DNA from: Mobula hypostoma
Taxonomy: Eukaryota
NCBI RefSeq assembly: GCF_963921235.1
Contig: NC_086108.1
Span: 74,340,001-74,404,000 of the forward strand
Direction of reading: 5' to 3'
DNA length: 64,000 nucleotides
Both the position numbers and the translations under genes were made by a program. The notes below the pieces were generated by a model that saw nothing but the letters and a program-made list of their open reading frames with translations, did not search any database and was not told where the DNA came from. Within the stretch, counting starts at the first letter, position 1. The number at the start of each line of letters is the position of its first letter. Shown piece after piece: positions 12,791 through 25,600 of this stretch.

Positions 12791-13548
12791 AAATTTAGAT
12801 AGGTATGTAAATGTAAGGAAAATGGAAGGATATGGATATTGTGTAGATGGACGGAATTAGTTTAGTTCACAATTTGATTGCTAATTTAATTCATCTGGCA
12901 CAACATTGTGGGTTAAAAGGCAAGTTTCTGTGCTGTATGGTTCTATGCTCTATCAGCCCAAATACCTTGACAAATGGTGGAGTAGGTTTCATTCTTAAGA
13001 TTTGGGAAATCTGTTGAAGTGCATTACATTTGGAAGCCAGAGGTCGAGGGAATGAGTTATTTATAATTCATATTTTGTCATTCTGGAGTATTTTCTCACC
13101 AGGTGACCAAACCAGACTTCAGAATAGCCTTGTGTGAATCAAGGATCACTAGGACAATTTGCCTTTGGCAACTGTTTTATTCAATTTTCTTTTATAGGTG
13201 AATGTGTTTAAGAAATGTTGTTTCAGAAAACCTGCTATCTTGTCAATTTTTCTTGCAAAAACTGTAGATTACTGCACCTTTCGATCAATATATATTGGAT
13301 TACAAAATAAAGCCTCAGCACAGCTAATTGATAAATTTCACAATTGGACCAGTTTCCAGAAAGTGTAACTAAAAGTCTGCTCCAGAGATATTGACTTCAA
13401 AATTCTCACAACAGTCATGTTTTTTTCTTTATTGTTACAAGTTTATGACCCTTTTTTTTGACCCTTTGTTTTCACTATATATATTCTGCAGCATTTCATT
13501 TCTAACAATAGATTACTGCATTTGATTTTTTGCTATTCTTTCATTTAG

Positions 13549-13611
13549 TTTCACAAACTACAGATGTCAATTGAAGGAAGCTTGCCCACGTATAGATCTT
13601 GGCAAGAGGAG
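13549..13611 (+). CDS. CCDC17: CCDC17 coding exon (first one visible in the window), FHKLQMSIEGSLPTYRSWQEE, phase 0/0
   Basis: Pyrimidine tract ending tcatttAG; donor GAG|GTATGT; 63 nt, open, in phase with the next exon; non-repeat sequence. Confidence 0.7.
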
Positions 13612-14059
13612 GTATGTAAAACCTTATGGTTTTCTTACTTAGGTTGGTTGCTATATGCTGTGTAAATCAACATGAGCCTCATTTTGAGATTCCAATTCAC
13701 ATTTCCTTTCCACTTCAACTAAACACAGACAAAAGTGACTTCAAGTTGCTCCTTACAAACAAGGAATTTAGTAAAGGAGGCCATTCAGCCCCTCACTAAC
13801 CTTTCAGTACAATAACCAGCCCAAAGCTAATCCTCTTAGCTTTAGGTTGATTATTGTACTGAAAGCTAATTTTCTTTCTGTATTCCCATGATATTTCCTT
13901 ACTTCAAATATTTATGCACATTTCCTTTAAAAATACAAGTGTCTTTGTGTTGTTCACTCAATGTCAAAACATTTATGGATGTCTGCATAGAAATTTGGCC
14001 TTCTCATTTAAAATATATATTGTAAATACCAAAATGCTGAGTGAAATTGTATCAGTTAC

Positions 14060-14862
14060 AAGTATGGCTGGAAAAGTGCAGATGGAGTTTAACTTGTGGA
14101 AGTGTCTAGTGATGCACTTTGGAAGGCCAAATGAAAGGAAAATACAGAGAGTTTATAGCATTAAGGTAGAGAAGGAACTTGAAGTCCAGTTCCATAGCCC
14201 CCTGAAAGTGACTACACGACTGAATAAAGTGGTAAAGAATGTGCACAAACTTGCTTGCCTTCACTGAAAGGGGTGTTGAGTATCAGAGTTAGGATGTCAT
14301 GCTGTAGTTATATACCACTTCAGTTAGACCACACTTGCGTGCAGTTCTAGTTTCCTAATGAATAAAGGATGTGAAGACTGGAAAGGGTGCAGAGTATATC
14401 TACAAGGATGCTGGCTGGATTAAAGGATACAGGCTATAAGGAAAAGTTGCTCAAACTTGCCTTGATCTCCCTGCACTGTCAGGGACTGAGGAGAGACCTG
14501 ACAGGATTTTAAAATTACTGTATGAGAAACACAGATGGGGTAAACAATCAGAATCTTTTCCCTGAGGTAGAACTGTCTAATAGAAGAGGGCATGCTTTAA
14601 AGGTTGTGTGGAGTGTGGTTAGTTTAAAGGTATTCTTTACAGTTTTTTTTAACACAGACTGGTAGGTGCCTGGAATGGATTACCAGGGGTTGTAGTGGAA
14701 GAAGGCAGTTTGGTTGAGTTTAAGAAGCATTTTGATGGAGACAAATATGGAATGAAAAGATGATAACACAAGAAGAGGACACAGTGCAAATTGACATCAA
14801 GGCTAGCACAGCATGATGAGTCGCTGGCCTATCCAACGTTATGTTGTTCTATTTATGTTCTA
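14060..14862 (+). mobile_element. Degenerate CR1 3' fragment
   Basis: QMEFNLWKCLVMHFGR remnant and CR1-like 3' UTR/tail. Confidence 0.7.
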
Positions 14863-14885
14863 CTGAAAATTATCTTGGAGAAATA

Positions 14886-15767
14886 GACATAGACATACTT
14901 TATTGATCCCGAGGGAAATTGAGTTTCGTTACAGCTGCACCAACCGAGAATAGAGCATAAATATAGAAATACAAAAACCACAAACAATCAAACAACAATA
15001 TGCAAACTATGCCAGATGGAAATAAGTCCAGGACCAGCCTATTGGCTCAGAGTGTCTGACCCTCCATGGGAGGAGCTGCAAGTTCGATGGCCACAGGCAG
15101 GAACAACCTCCCATGACGCCCAGTGTTGTATCTTGATGGAATATGGCCGGTGTCCAACAGCAAAAAGTTTAATATCTGGGCTACAAGCACGTTCCTCGAT
15201 CGTAATATGACCAGGATTGCACCATCCGTTGTTAACCAGAACAGCAAGACCCTAACTCCTTTACGCTTACCGCTCTCAGTGCACTTCCAGTCAGCCCGAA
15301 TGGTCTGGAAGCCCTCCATGGAAAAGTTTGGTCGGGTATGTCCACGTGCAGTCCAAGTGGAGAACTCCTCTTCTCCATAAGTCTCTGTTGTCTCGACCCG
15401 GTCCTCTTTCTTCGCCTTTGTGATCCCCCTCTGCATCCTCTGTGTGTTTTCCTCCAGATTTCAGCAGGGGTGTCCGCCGCTCTGTTTGCTAAACCGGCCG
15501 GCATAAGCGCAATCAGCTGGTCCCTGGAATAAACAATGGGACCATACTGCTGCCCTGCTAATGAGACGTGTCCGAATGTAACTATTTCCAACGCTAAAAA
15601 CCCAAATAAAACTCTCTCCACCAGCACGTTAGACAGGGTGCAGCTTCAATGTGTTACTATGAAAAAAATACAACAAATAACATAAGTTAAAAAAGTAAGA
15701 AGAAAAAAGTAAGAAAACTAGTCAGAACAGCTGTAACAGGCTGGATGCACGACCAGCGCATGCGCAC
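14886..15767 (-). mobile_element. Internally deleted Rex1/Babar-type element (5' end joined directly to 3' tail)
   Basis: IVYSRDQLIAL leader and APE remnant EGFQTIRAD..ESGKRKG, joined to a 3' UTR with tttccctcgggatcaataaagtatg like the Rex copies at 45530 and 50370. Confidence 0.7.
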
Positions 15768-16583
15768 AAAGATACAGGATTAGTGATGGAGCAGTGAAAT
15801 GTAAAATGGATTAACCAAAGAGAAATAGAAAATTGGTGGACAAATGGTGGACATTTTGGCATGATAAATTTTCCATTGTCTTGCATGAAAAGAAGTTGGA
15901 GAGGATGAGGTTAGGTATTTGAGAAACTAGTTGAAAAGAATATCCTTTTGTCTTTGCTGAGCCTGCTGATTATCTTACTTTATGAGCCTTGATCCATTCT
16001 TTTAAAAAGCACAAAGAATGGATCATTAATGCATGAAAGGATAACATAAGATCTTTAAATTTTCACTAATATCTAGAAGTGGATACTGTAGCAACCACAG
16101 GTGCTCCTGCTTGATGGTATTCAGTTACTCTCGATGAGATGAAGTTGTTAATTCCAACTTCCATCTCTAGAATATGGAGTGAATTTAAAAATTGTGTACT
16201 CTGTAAATTTTTAAAAACATGAAAATTTGTTAAATTTTCTCAGTTTTCTTGAAATTTGTTGTCATGAAGACTTTTAAAGCTTTGTGAAGTTGTATTAATC
16301 AATGTTCTCAGCAAGCATATTGTGCTTGGATCCACCCTTGGTTCTACATCCTCCCTTTGCTTGAATCTCAGATGTATAGGGTAATCTTGGCTTAATTTAC
16401 ACAGCATTTGTTACTGAATAGTTTTGTCACACTTGCAGTGTCTAATTGATGCATAACAATCATGTTGGTAATATTGGTAAAAACAATTATGTGCGATAAT
16501 TCAAGAAAATTGACAGAATTTATTTTGTGGAAGTTCATCTCCTAAGAAAATTTAAACTTTTAAAATAAATAAATATTTAATAG

Positions 16584-16713
16584 TCTGAGGTGAGCCCCAG
16601 AGTGCAGAGAGAGTGGGAACACCTGGAACGTGTACGAGAAATAGCCGAAATGCATGGCCGTTATTTGGCAGACATTCAAGCTCGTAACAGGGAACTGGAG
16701 GAGCAAAGAGATG
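16584..16713 (+). CDS. CCDC17: CCDC17 coding exon, SEVSPRVQREWEHLERVREIAEMHGRYLADIQARNRELEEQRD (coiled coil)
   Basis: taatAG acceptor, ATG|GTAAGG donor, 130 nt, phase 0/1, heptad-like composition. Confidence 0.85.
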
Positions 16714-17493
16714 GTAAGGAGCTTTATACAATCTTGCCTTTAATTGCCAACTGAAATGGACTTAGCTTTAATTAACATTCATTCTTTAGTTATAACAAAT
16801 ATATGTAAATAAAAGTAGAGTTTAATTATCAATTCTCTTAGAGAAGCATCAGGAAGTTCTTCTGGGATCAACAATAACACCATGTTCCCTTCAAGGTGTG
16901 CACCATCCTGACCTGAAAGTTTGTTGGCATTCGTTCGTTATTGCTGGGTCAAGATCCCAGTGAAAACAGCAATGATTGAGCCTTGTGTTAGTCAGAAAAA
17001 GAGACCTATCACCATTTAGAGTCCAATTGAAGATGAGCATTTTATTCTCTTTTTGTTAGAACCAGCCACATCTCCTTAATAACCTATGACAAAAATTGAA
17101 ACTTTTAAAAAAAAATACCATAGGACATAGAACAGTACAGGCCCTTGGGCCAACGATGTTGTGCCGATCTTTTAACCTACTCCAAGATCAATCTAACCCT
17201 ACCTGCCCACATAGCCCTCTGTTTTTCTTTCATCTAAGTGCCATATAAGAGTATCTTAAATGTTCTTAATGTATGTACCACCCCTGGCAGTGCATTCCAC
17301 ACACTCACCACTCTCTGTGTTTTAAAAAAAAGAACCTCTCTCTGACGTAATTTCCTCCAACCACCTTAAAATTATGGCCCCTTGATTTACTGTTTCTGTT
17401 ATGTTTAGTAACTTCAAAATGTTATCCTAATTCAAATGAACTCCAACTCCACTGAGCATGCATCTCAACTATATACATCACATGCTATATGAT

Positions 17494-17692
17494 GTTGTTA
17501 GGTTGTCATCAACTCATGGCGACGCTATACTGTAGTTGTCCATAGGTAAGGTTTTCGTGGCAAGATCCGGAAGTAGATTGCCAGTCCTTATTCCACACAG
17601 ATACTGCTGCTGCCCAGGTCAGGACCCAGTCGGATTTGATCTCAGGGCCATCTGCCTAGAAGTCTGGTGCTGATGCCATTACACCACCGGCC
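17494..17692 (-). mobile_element. tRNA-derived SINE with an RTE/BovB-like tail
   Basis: Minus-strand head ggccggtggtgtaatggc (A-box-like); plus strand gttttcgtggcaagatccggaagtagattgcca resembles RTE/BovB-type 3' regions. Confidence 0.6.
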
Positions 17693-18394
17693 ATATGTTA
17701 TATAATACAACTCCCATATACAGGCACCCACAGAATAGGAAATTTTAAATCGTTCCATTCAGGCCTAAAGACTTGATCACTATAGAGGCTTTCGTATTCT
17801 TGTAGGATAATGTCTTTCCTGACAAGGGAGGTCACTCTGCTTGGCAGCTGAGACTTGTGACTGGGTAAACTATCTCAGATTCTGAGGCCACCTCCATGGT
17901 GGTTGGAGGAGTTGACTCTGAGACTACAGGAATTGGTTCTAATAGCTCTGGACACCTGTATTCTCCCTCCATTTTCTTCTGGTTTGTGCATCTTGATCTT
18001 GGGAAAATGTATTTAGTTCACTAGAGTATTGTCTTATTAATCCTTCTACTGCTTCCTTTACAATCTGATCTTTTCTCTTGGTTTCCTCATCCACAACATC
18101 ATCTGATGAATTTTCTGTTTTCATACCTCCATTGACTCCTTTCTTTTCAGCCTTCCATTCATCAAGCTGGGCTCTGTTCTGCTGTTATATGCAACTACCT
18201 TAACAAGCAGCTTTTCATCTCCCACTTGAAGTTCATGCAATAACTTTAATGCATACAAAGTAGATTTTGGTTCTTTATACTCACAAAAGCTGAATGCTTA
18301 CAACTTTGCTGAAGCTCCTTAAACTCTCTGTCCGCTTAAAACCCAGCCCATTTCATAAGTAACTGCCTCATTAATATATCAGCTTTCTCAGATA

Positions 18395-18660
18395 CAGTGG
18401 CATGCAAATGTTTGGGCACCCCGGTCAAAATTTCTGTTACTGTGAATAGCTAAGCGAGTAAAAGATGAACTGATTTCCAAAAGGCATAAAGTTAAAGATG
18501 GAACTGTAAAAGTAGAAATAAAAAAGTTTTCTTGCTTAAAATATTAAAGAAATGTGCCATCTTTAACTTTATGACTTCTGGAAGTAAGTTCATCTGTTAC
18601 TTAGCTATTCACAGTAACAGAAATTTTGACTGGGGGTGCCCAAACTTTTGCATACCACTG
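18395..18660. mobile_element. Tc1-type MITE, 266 bp, about 105-bp TIRs, TA flanks
   Basis: TA|CAGTGGCATGCAAATGTTTGGGCACC...GGTGCCCAAACTTTTGCATACCACTG|TA; almost wholly palindromic. Confidence 0.9.
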
Positions 18661-19769
18661 TACGTTACCTACAAAGACTGCTGCAGTCAGACCACTGCTT
18701 TTGAGTAGCATAGTCCTTCCATGGACAAATATGCTTTCCAGCCAAAAGCATAGAGGTTGGCACCAACACGTGTTTGCTCTCTGTTTGGGGAACGGTTCCT
18801 GGTGTTTGACATGGGAGACAGTTGTGGAATCATCCAGTACCTTTCTTAATTCGCTTTCAGTTGACTTTATTGCAGGGGATGTGGCATGCAAATAGTAGAT
18901 GGATCTCCAATCAAGTTGTAGTTGTCTCAGCCAATCACATCCCCACAATGTTAGTTCTCCTGTTTTTACCACAGACAAGCCCAATGTGGCTTGTTGGTCG
19001 TTGTATTTCACTGTATTGAATGTCATTCCCACAGGAATTATCTTTTCTCTAGTATAAGTTCTTAGTTGGATATCTGCAGGTTCCAGTTTAGAATCTTTGA
19101 AATGCCTCTCAAACTCATTTTGTGGAATGCCTGAAGAAGCTGAACCTGTGTCCAATTCCATATTAATTTACCACTTCTGGTGTAAGCCCTATTGCTTGTT
19201 AGTTTTCACATTGTAAGTCTGAAGGCTAGTCAGTTTGGTGTCACACTCATCACTATCAGATTTTTCATTAACAGCATGCAGATTAGTGCTCTTTTTGAAA
19301 CTGCAACTTGACTTTTTAGCTTTTTCTTCTCCCTGTCCAATCCATTTATTTTTGTCTGCCCAACATGCTCCTGGTATGTGTCCTACTTTGTTGCATTTTC
19401 TGTAAGTTTTACCCTTAAACCTGCATTGGTCTGGTGCACGTGAACCTTTGCTACAATGGTAACACAATTTATTCAGCATAGCCAGTTTCTGTTTAGATGT
19501 TGCAATTTTCTTCATGCTCACTTTCATTCTTGACTGTAATTCAATTGTGTCTCGGCTGTTTCCATTGAAACAACAATTTCAACTGTTCCTTTAAATGTAA
19601 GCTGTACTTCAGCTAGGAGCTGTTTTTGAATGTTTTCTCATAAGATTCCGCTAACTAAACAATGCCTCAATGCATCAATAAGTCCATCATTGAACTGATA
19701 GTGCTCAGACAATCCCTTCAATTAAGTGACTTATGTTGAAATGGACTCCCCTTCTTTTAGATTGCATGA

Positions 19770-22550
19770 GACTATAAGATTTAGGAGCAGAAAAAGGCCA
19801 TTTGGCCCATTGAGTCTGCTCCGACATTTCATCATGGGCTGATCCAATTCTTCCAGTCATCCCCACTTCCCTGCCTTTTTCCCATACCCTTTGATGCCCT
19901 GGCTAATCAAGAATCTATCTATCTCTGCCTTAAATGCACCCAATGACTTGGCCTCCACAGCCACACGTGGCAACAAATTCCACAGATTTACCACCCTCTG
20001 ACTAAAGTAATTTCTCCGCATCGCTGTTCTAAATGGATGTCCTTCAATCCTGAATTCATGCCCTCTTGTCCTAGACTCTCCTACCATGGGATATGACTTT
20101 GCCATTTCTAATCTGTTCAGGCTTTTTAACATTCTAGGAGATCCCCCCCTCATTCTCCTGAACTCCAGGGAATACAGCCCAAGAGGTGCCAGATGTTCCT
20201 CATATGGAAACCCTTTCATTCTTGGAATCATTCTTGTGAATCTTCTCTGAACCCTCTCTAATGTCAGTATATCCCTTCTAAAATAAGGAGCCCAAAACTG
20301 CACGCAATACTCCAAGTGTGGTCTCACAAGCACCTTGTATAGCCTCAACATCACATCCCTGCTCGTATATTCTATACCTCTAGAAATGAATGCCAACATT
20401 GCATTTGCCTTTTTCACCACCGACTCAACCTGGAGTTTAACCTTTAGGGTATCCTGCACAAGAACTCCCAAGTCCCTTTGCATCTCTGCATTTTGAATTC
20501 TCTCACCATCTAAATAATAGTCTGCCTGTTTATTTCTTCCACCAAAGTGCATGACCATACACTTTCCAACATTGTATTTCATTTGCCACTTCTTTGCCCA
20601 TTCCCCTAAACTACCTAAGTCTCTCTGCAGGCTCTCTGTTTCCTCAACACTACCTGCTCTTCCACCTATCTTTGTATTATTGGCAAATTTAGATACTAAT
20701 CCATAAATCCAATAGACATAGAAACCATAGAAAAACTACAGCACAGAAACAGGCCCTTTGGCCCTTCTTGGCTGTGCCGAACCATTTTCTGCCTAGTCCC
20801 ACTGACCTGCACACGGACCATATCCCTCCATACACCTCCCATCCATGTATCTGTCCAATTTATTCTTAAATGTTAAAAAAGAACCCGCATTTACCACCTC
20901 ATCTGGCAGCTCATTCCACACTCCCACCAATCTCTGTGTGAAGAAGCCCCCCACTAATGTTCCCTTTAAACTTTTCCCCCCTCACCCTTAACCCATGTCC
21001 TCTGGTTTTTTTCTCCCCTTGCCTCAGTGGAAAAAGCCTGCTTGCATTCACTCTATCTATACCCATCATAATTTTATATACCTCTATCAAATCTCCCCTC
21101 ATTCTTCTACGCTCCAGGGAATAAAGTCCTAACCTATTCAACCTTTCTCTGTAACTGAGTTTCTCAAGTCCCGGCAACATCTTTGTAAACCTTCTCTGCA
21201 CTCTTTCAACCTTATTAATATCCTTCCTGTGATTTGGTGACCAAAACTGAACACAATACTCGAGATTCGGCCTCACCAATGCCTTATACAACCTCATCAT
21301 AACATTCCAGCTCTCATACTCAATACTTTGATTAATAAAGGCCAATGTACCAAAAGCTCTCTTTATGACCCTATCTACCTGTGACGCCACTTTTAGGGAA
21401 TTTTGTATCTGTATTCCCAGATCCCTCTGTTCTACTGCACTGCTCAGTGCCTTAGCATTTACCCTGTTTGTTCTACCTTAGTTTGTCCTTCCAAAGTGCA
21501 ATACCTCACATTTATCTGTATTAAACTCCACCTGCCATTTTTCAGCCCAGTTTTCCAGCTGATCCAAGCCCCTCTGCAAGCTTTGAAAACCTTCCTCACT
21601 GTCCACTACACCTCCAATCTTTGTATCATCAGCAAATTTGCTGATCCAATTTACCACATTATCATCCAGATCATTGATACAGATGACAAATAACAATGGA
21701 CCCAGCACTGATCCCTGTGGCACACCACTAGTCACAGGCTTCCACTCTGAGAAGCAATCCTCTACTACCACTCTTTGGCTTCTTCCATTGAGCCAATGTC
21801 TAATCCAATTTACCACTTCTCCATGTATACCTAGCGACTGAATTTTCCTACTAACCTCCCATGCGGGGCTTGTCAAAGGCTTTACTGAAGTCCATGTAGA
21901 CAACATCCACTGCCTTCCCTTTATCCACTTTCCTGGTATCCACCTCGAAAAACTCCATAGATTGGTCAAACATGACCTACCACGCACAAAGCCATGTTGA
22001 CTCTCCCTCATAAGTCCCTGTCTATCCAAATGCTTGTAGATTCTGTCTCTTAGTACTCCCTCCAATAACTTACCCACTACTGATGTCAAACTTACTGGCC
22101 TATAATTTCCCGGATTACTTTTCGATCCTCTTTTAAACAACGGAACAACATGAGCCATTCTCCAATCCTCTGGCACCTCACTCGTAGACACTGACATTTT
22201 AAATATTTCTGCCAGGGCCCCTGCAATTTCAACACTAGTCTCCTTCAAGGTCCGAGGGAATACCCTGTCAGGTCCTGGGGATTTATCCACTTTAATTTGC
22301 CTCAAGATAGCCAGCACCTCCTCCTTTTCAATCTGTACAGTTTCCATAATCTCACTGCTTGTTTTCCTTAATTCCATAGACTTCATGCCAGTTTCCCTAG
22401 TAAATACAGACACAAAAAACCCATTTAAGATCTCCCCCTAATAGTCTAAATCATTGACATACATTGTAACAAGCAGCAGTCCCAACACTGACCCCTGTGG
22501 AACTCCACTGGTAACCGGCAGCCAACCAGAATAGGATCCCTTTATTCCCT
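19770..22550 (-). mobile_element. CR1 LINE (same subfamily as 10275-12790), interrupted by a younger CR1
   Basis: 241-aa RT C-terminal ORF 19857-20582; remainder at 22440-22550. Confidence 0.88.
20716..22439 (-). mobile_element. Young CR1 LINE, 5'-truncated
   Basis: RT ORFs 21478-22413 and 20911-21390; AATAG duplicated at 20711-20715 and 22440-22444; closely similar to 52070-53417. Confidence 0.92.
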
Positions 22551-22590
22551 TTATGATAGACTTTCGAAAGAACAATGCAGGTGTATTACA

Positions 22591-22623
22591 AGGTTCCACC
22601 GAGATTTGAACTCTGATTGCTGG
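22591..22623 (-). pseudogene. 3' half of tRNA-Gln (no CCA)
   Basis: Minus strand CCAGCAATCAGAGTTCAAATCTCGGTGGAACCT versus vertebrate tRNA-Gln 3' half CCAGCGATCCGAGTTCAAATCTCGGTGGAACCT (2 mismatches, consensus from memory). Confidence 0.75.
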
Positions 22624-23049
22624 TGGTATGATGACATATGCAATTTACATATTTATACATGTAACCCATAATGAATTATTTAAATGAGCAAGAATGTTTA
22701 ATCAAACAATATAGATACATGATTTCTCAAACGTTATTGAAATATTAAATACACAACAATTTCTCCCTTGAGAAAATGTCGCTAGATGTCCATTCTATCT
22801 ATGCCTATTATCATTTTATACGCTTCTATCAAGTCTCCTCTCATCCTCCTTTGCTCCAAAGATAAAAGCCTTAGCTCACTTAGCCTTTCCTCATAAGAGA
22901 TGTTCTCTAATCCTGGCAGCATCCTGAACGATCTCTACACCCTCCCATATCCTTTCTATAATAAGGTGACCAGAACTGAATGCAATACTCCAAATGTGGT
23001 CTAACAAGACTTCTATAGAGATGCAATATTTTATTTTTTATCCCCCAAG

Positions 23050-23203
23050 AAATCCATCAGCGGCTAGAAGAGCTTTCATCTGAAGAGCAGTTCACAATCC
23101 ACATTGAACAGATGTTGCTGGAGCTCAAGGCAAAGGAGGAGAGGAACCAGCAGTCTCTGGAGGCACTCCGAGAGCAGATTGAACACCTTCATATGGACAC
23201 TGT
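23050..23203 (+). CDS. CCDC17: CCDC17 coding exon, (E)IHQRLEELSSEEQFTIHIEQMLLELKAKEERNQQSLEALREQIEHLHMDT
   Basis: ttttttatcccccaAG acceptor, GT|GTGCGT donor, 154 nt, phase 1/2, coiled-coil sequence. Confidence 0.85.
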
Positions 23204-23859
23204 GTGCGTATAAATGTCAACATTAATTTTGTTTTGTTCTATTAATTATTCAGTAAGTGTTCCTGTTGGCCTTAATTTCTTTTACTACTTTTGTGACATT
23301 TATGGTTTTTCTGGAAAGCCAAACAAAAATATATTGGTTTGGATCTTACTCATAAGTGGAAGCATGCGTTAGGAGGTTCCATGAATGCAAACGCAAACTG
23401 GCTTTGGGATGCTAAATCTGTAATTTTTGTTCCATAGTTTCAGTTAAGATGATCAAATTTCATCTTGACAAGATGCCCCATTTTTTTAATCCTGAGAGAT
23501 ACGTATTTCTCAGTTTCTCTGCCAAGTTGGACCTAGCTAAGTTTCATGAACTAATTATTTAGTTAGGGATTTTAGGATAATGGATTTAAAACAAATGACA
23601 ATGCAAGTTCATTTAAGTTCACAGAACATAATTTTTAACTTTTGAATATTGTAATTAATGTTAGCCACAAAATATTTCTAAAAGAATTTATATTTTATTT
23701 TTAAATGTTTCAGCAACATTTAGGAACTGTTAAATCACCTTCGCAGCTTTTGTAATCAGTGAAAGTTGTGACAACACATGCTGTCCCTCAAATCCTTCAG
23801 GCCCTTTAACTCACTGCTGGAGGCACGGCCATTGCCCAGGCTAAATGGCTTTGGTAAAT

Positions 23860-24440
23860 TAGTTTATTATTATCATGTGTACTGAGGTACTGTACAATGA
23901 AAACTTTACATGCTGTCAATCTAGATGAATTCATTACAATAGTGCTTGGGTAATACAAGGTAAAACAGTAAGAGTTTATAATAAACTGTTACAGTGCAGG
24001 GAAAGTGCCGCATAGGTAGACGGTAAGGTAAGAGATCCAATGACCAAGTTGCTGAAGTCAAGAGACCTTGAGTGGAGTGGGTATGTGCTTTCAGGCATTG
24101 TATCTTCTGCCAGATGGAAGACAGGGTACCTAGGGTGGGTAGAGTCATTGATTATGCTGACTGCTTTTCTGAGGCAGCTGGATGTGTAGATGGAGTCCCA
24201 TTGAGGGAAAGCCTTTTTCCATGATGTGCTGAGCTGTGTCCACAACTCTGTGACTTTTGCAGACATGGGCAGAGCGGTTGCCATACCAAGCAATAATGCA
24301 CCCAGATAAGATGCTTTCTATGCTGAATTGATAAAAATTGCAGAAGATCAAAGGGGCATGCCAAAATTCCTTTGCTTCTTGAGGAAGTGGAGGCACTGGT
24401 AGTTTCCTTAGCCATATTGTCATTGTGGTTGGACCCGTAT
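23860..24440 (-). mobile_element. Degenerate Rex1/Babar 3' fragment
   Basis: NFYQFSIESILSGCIIAWYGN remnant. Confidence 0.7.
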
Positions 24441-24509
24441 TCAAAACTGTAGATGTAGTTTTATGTATTCTGGCAATATTTTGATGCAAATATTCTACTT
24501 GTTAATAAA

Positions 24510-25600
24510 GCCATAGAGACAACAAACACTACAGCATAGAAATAGGCCCTTTGACCCATCTAGCCTGTGCCAAAACATTAATCTCCCTAGTCCCATAGCA
24601 CTGCACACCCCTCTCATCCATGTACATATCCAAATTTTCATTAAATGTTGCAATCAACCTGCCATTCACCACTTCCAAGCAACACAGACAAAATGCTGGA
24701 GGAACTCGGCAGGCCAGGCAGTATCTATGGGGAAAATGCACAGCTGATGTTTTGGGCTGAGACCCTTCAGCAGGACTTGCACTAGCACTTCATTCCACAC
24801 TTTCATCACCCTCTGAATGAAGGTTTCCCCACCTGTTCCCCTTAAACATTTCACCTTTCACCCTTAACCTATGATCTCCAGTTGTAATCTCACCCAACAT
24901 CAGTGGGAAATGCCTGCTTGTGTTTTTCCTGTCTATACTCCTCATAATTCTGCATATCTCTATCAAATCTCCCCTCAATCTTCTACATTTTCTCAAATAA
25001 AGTCCTAACTTATTCAACCTTTCCCTATAACTCAGATTCTCAAGTTCCTGCAACATCCTCATAAACTTTCTCTGCACTCTTTCAATCTTAATTACATCTT
25101 TCCTGTAGGTTGGTGACCAAAACTGCACACAGTACTCCAAATTAGGCCTCACTGACATCTTATGCAATTTCAACATAACTTCCCAACTCCTGAACTCAGT
25201 ACATTGTTTCATGAAGATCAGTGTGCCAAAAGCTTTCTTTGCAACCGTATCTACCTGTGATACCACTTTGACAGAATTACATAAGACCTACCCTGACTGG
25301 TCCTCCCAAAATGCAATACATCATACTTGTCTGCATTAAATTCCATCTGCCATTTTTTTTTTAGCCCAGTTTTTCCATCTGCTCCAGATCCTGCTGCAAG
25401 TTTTGATAGTCTTTCTCACTATCTACTTCATTCCCGATCTTGGTGTCATCCTCAAATCTGATGATTCAATTTACCACATTATCATGCAGGTATAGATGAC
25501 AAACAGCACTGATCCCTATAGTATACCACAGGCTCCAGCCAGTGAGACAAACTTCTCTTTGGCTTCTTCTGCAAAATCAATGTCGAATCCAATTTACAAA
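24510..25600 (-). mobile_element. CR1 3' fragment containing a short Penelope pLTR-derived piece (about 24680-24777)
   Basis: ORF 24790-25266 VRPNLEYCVQFWSP..LRGDLIE. Confidence 0.85.

Larger units (their letters stand above)
17397..22758 (-). mobile_element. Decayed Gypsy/Ty3 LTR retrotransposon with nested insertions
   Basis: Gag zinc knuckles (CYHC..C; KCNKVGHIPGAC) at 19189-19527; aspartic protease MELDTGS at about 18830-19161; termini TG(17397)..CA(22758) flanked by GTTTC/ATTTC. Confidence 0.8.
17120..23028 (-). mobile_element. Old CR1 3' fragment split by the Gypsy insertion (17120-17396 and 22759-23028)
   Basis: catagaac tail at left; CR1 RT C-terminal remnant on the right; the two parts are colinear across the insertion. 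Confidence 0.7.

Noticed and set aside
22591..22623. Functional tRNA gene or Gypsy primer-binding site
   Set aside because: Only the 3' half is present; wrong orientation and no TGG for a PBS
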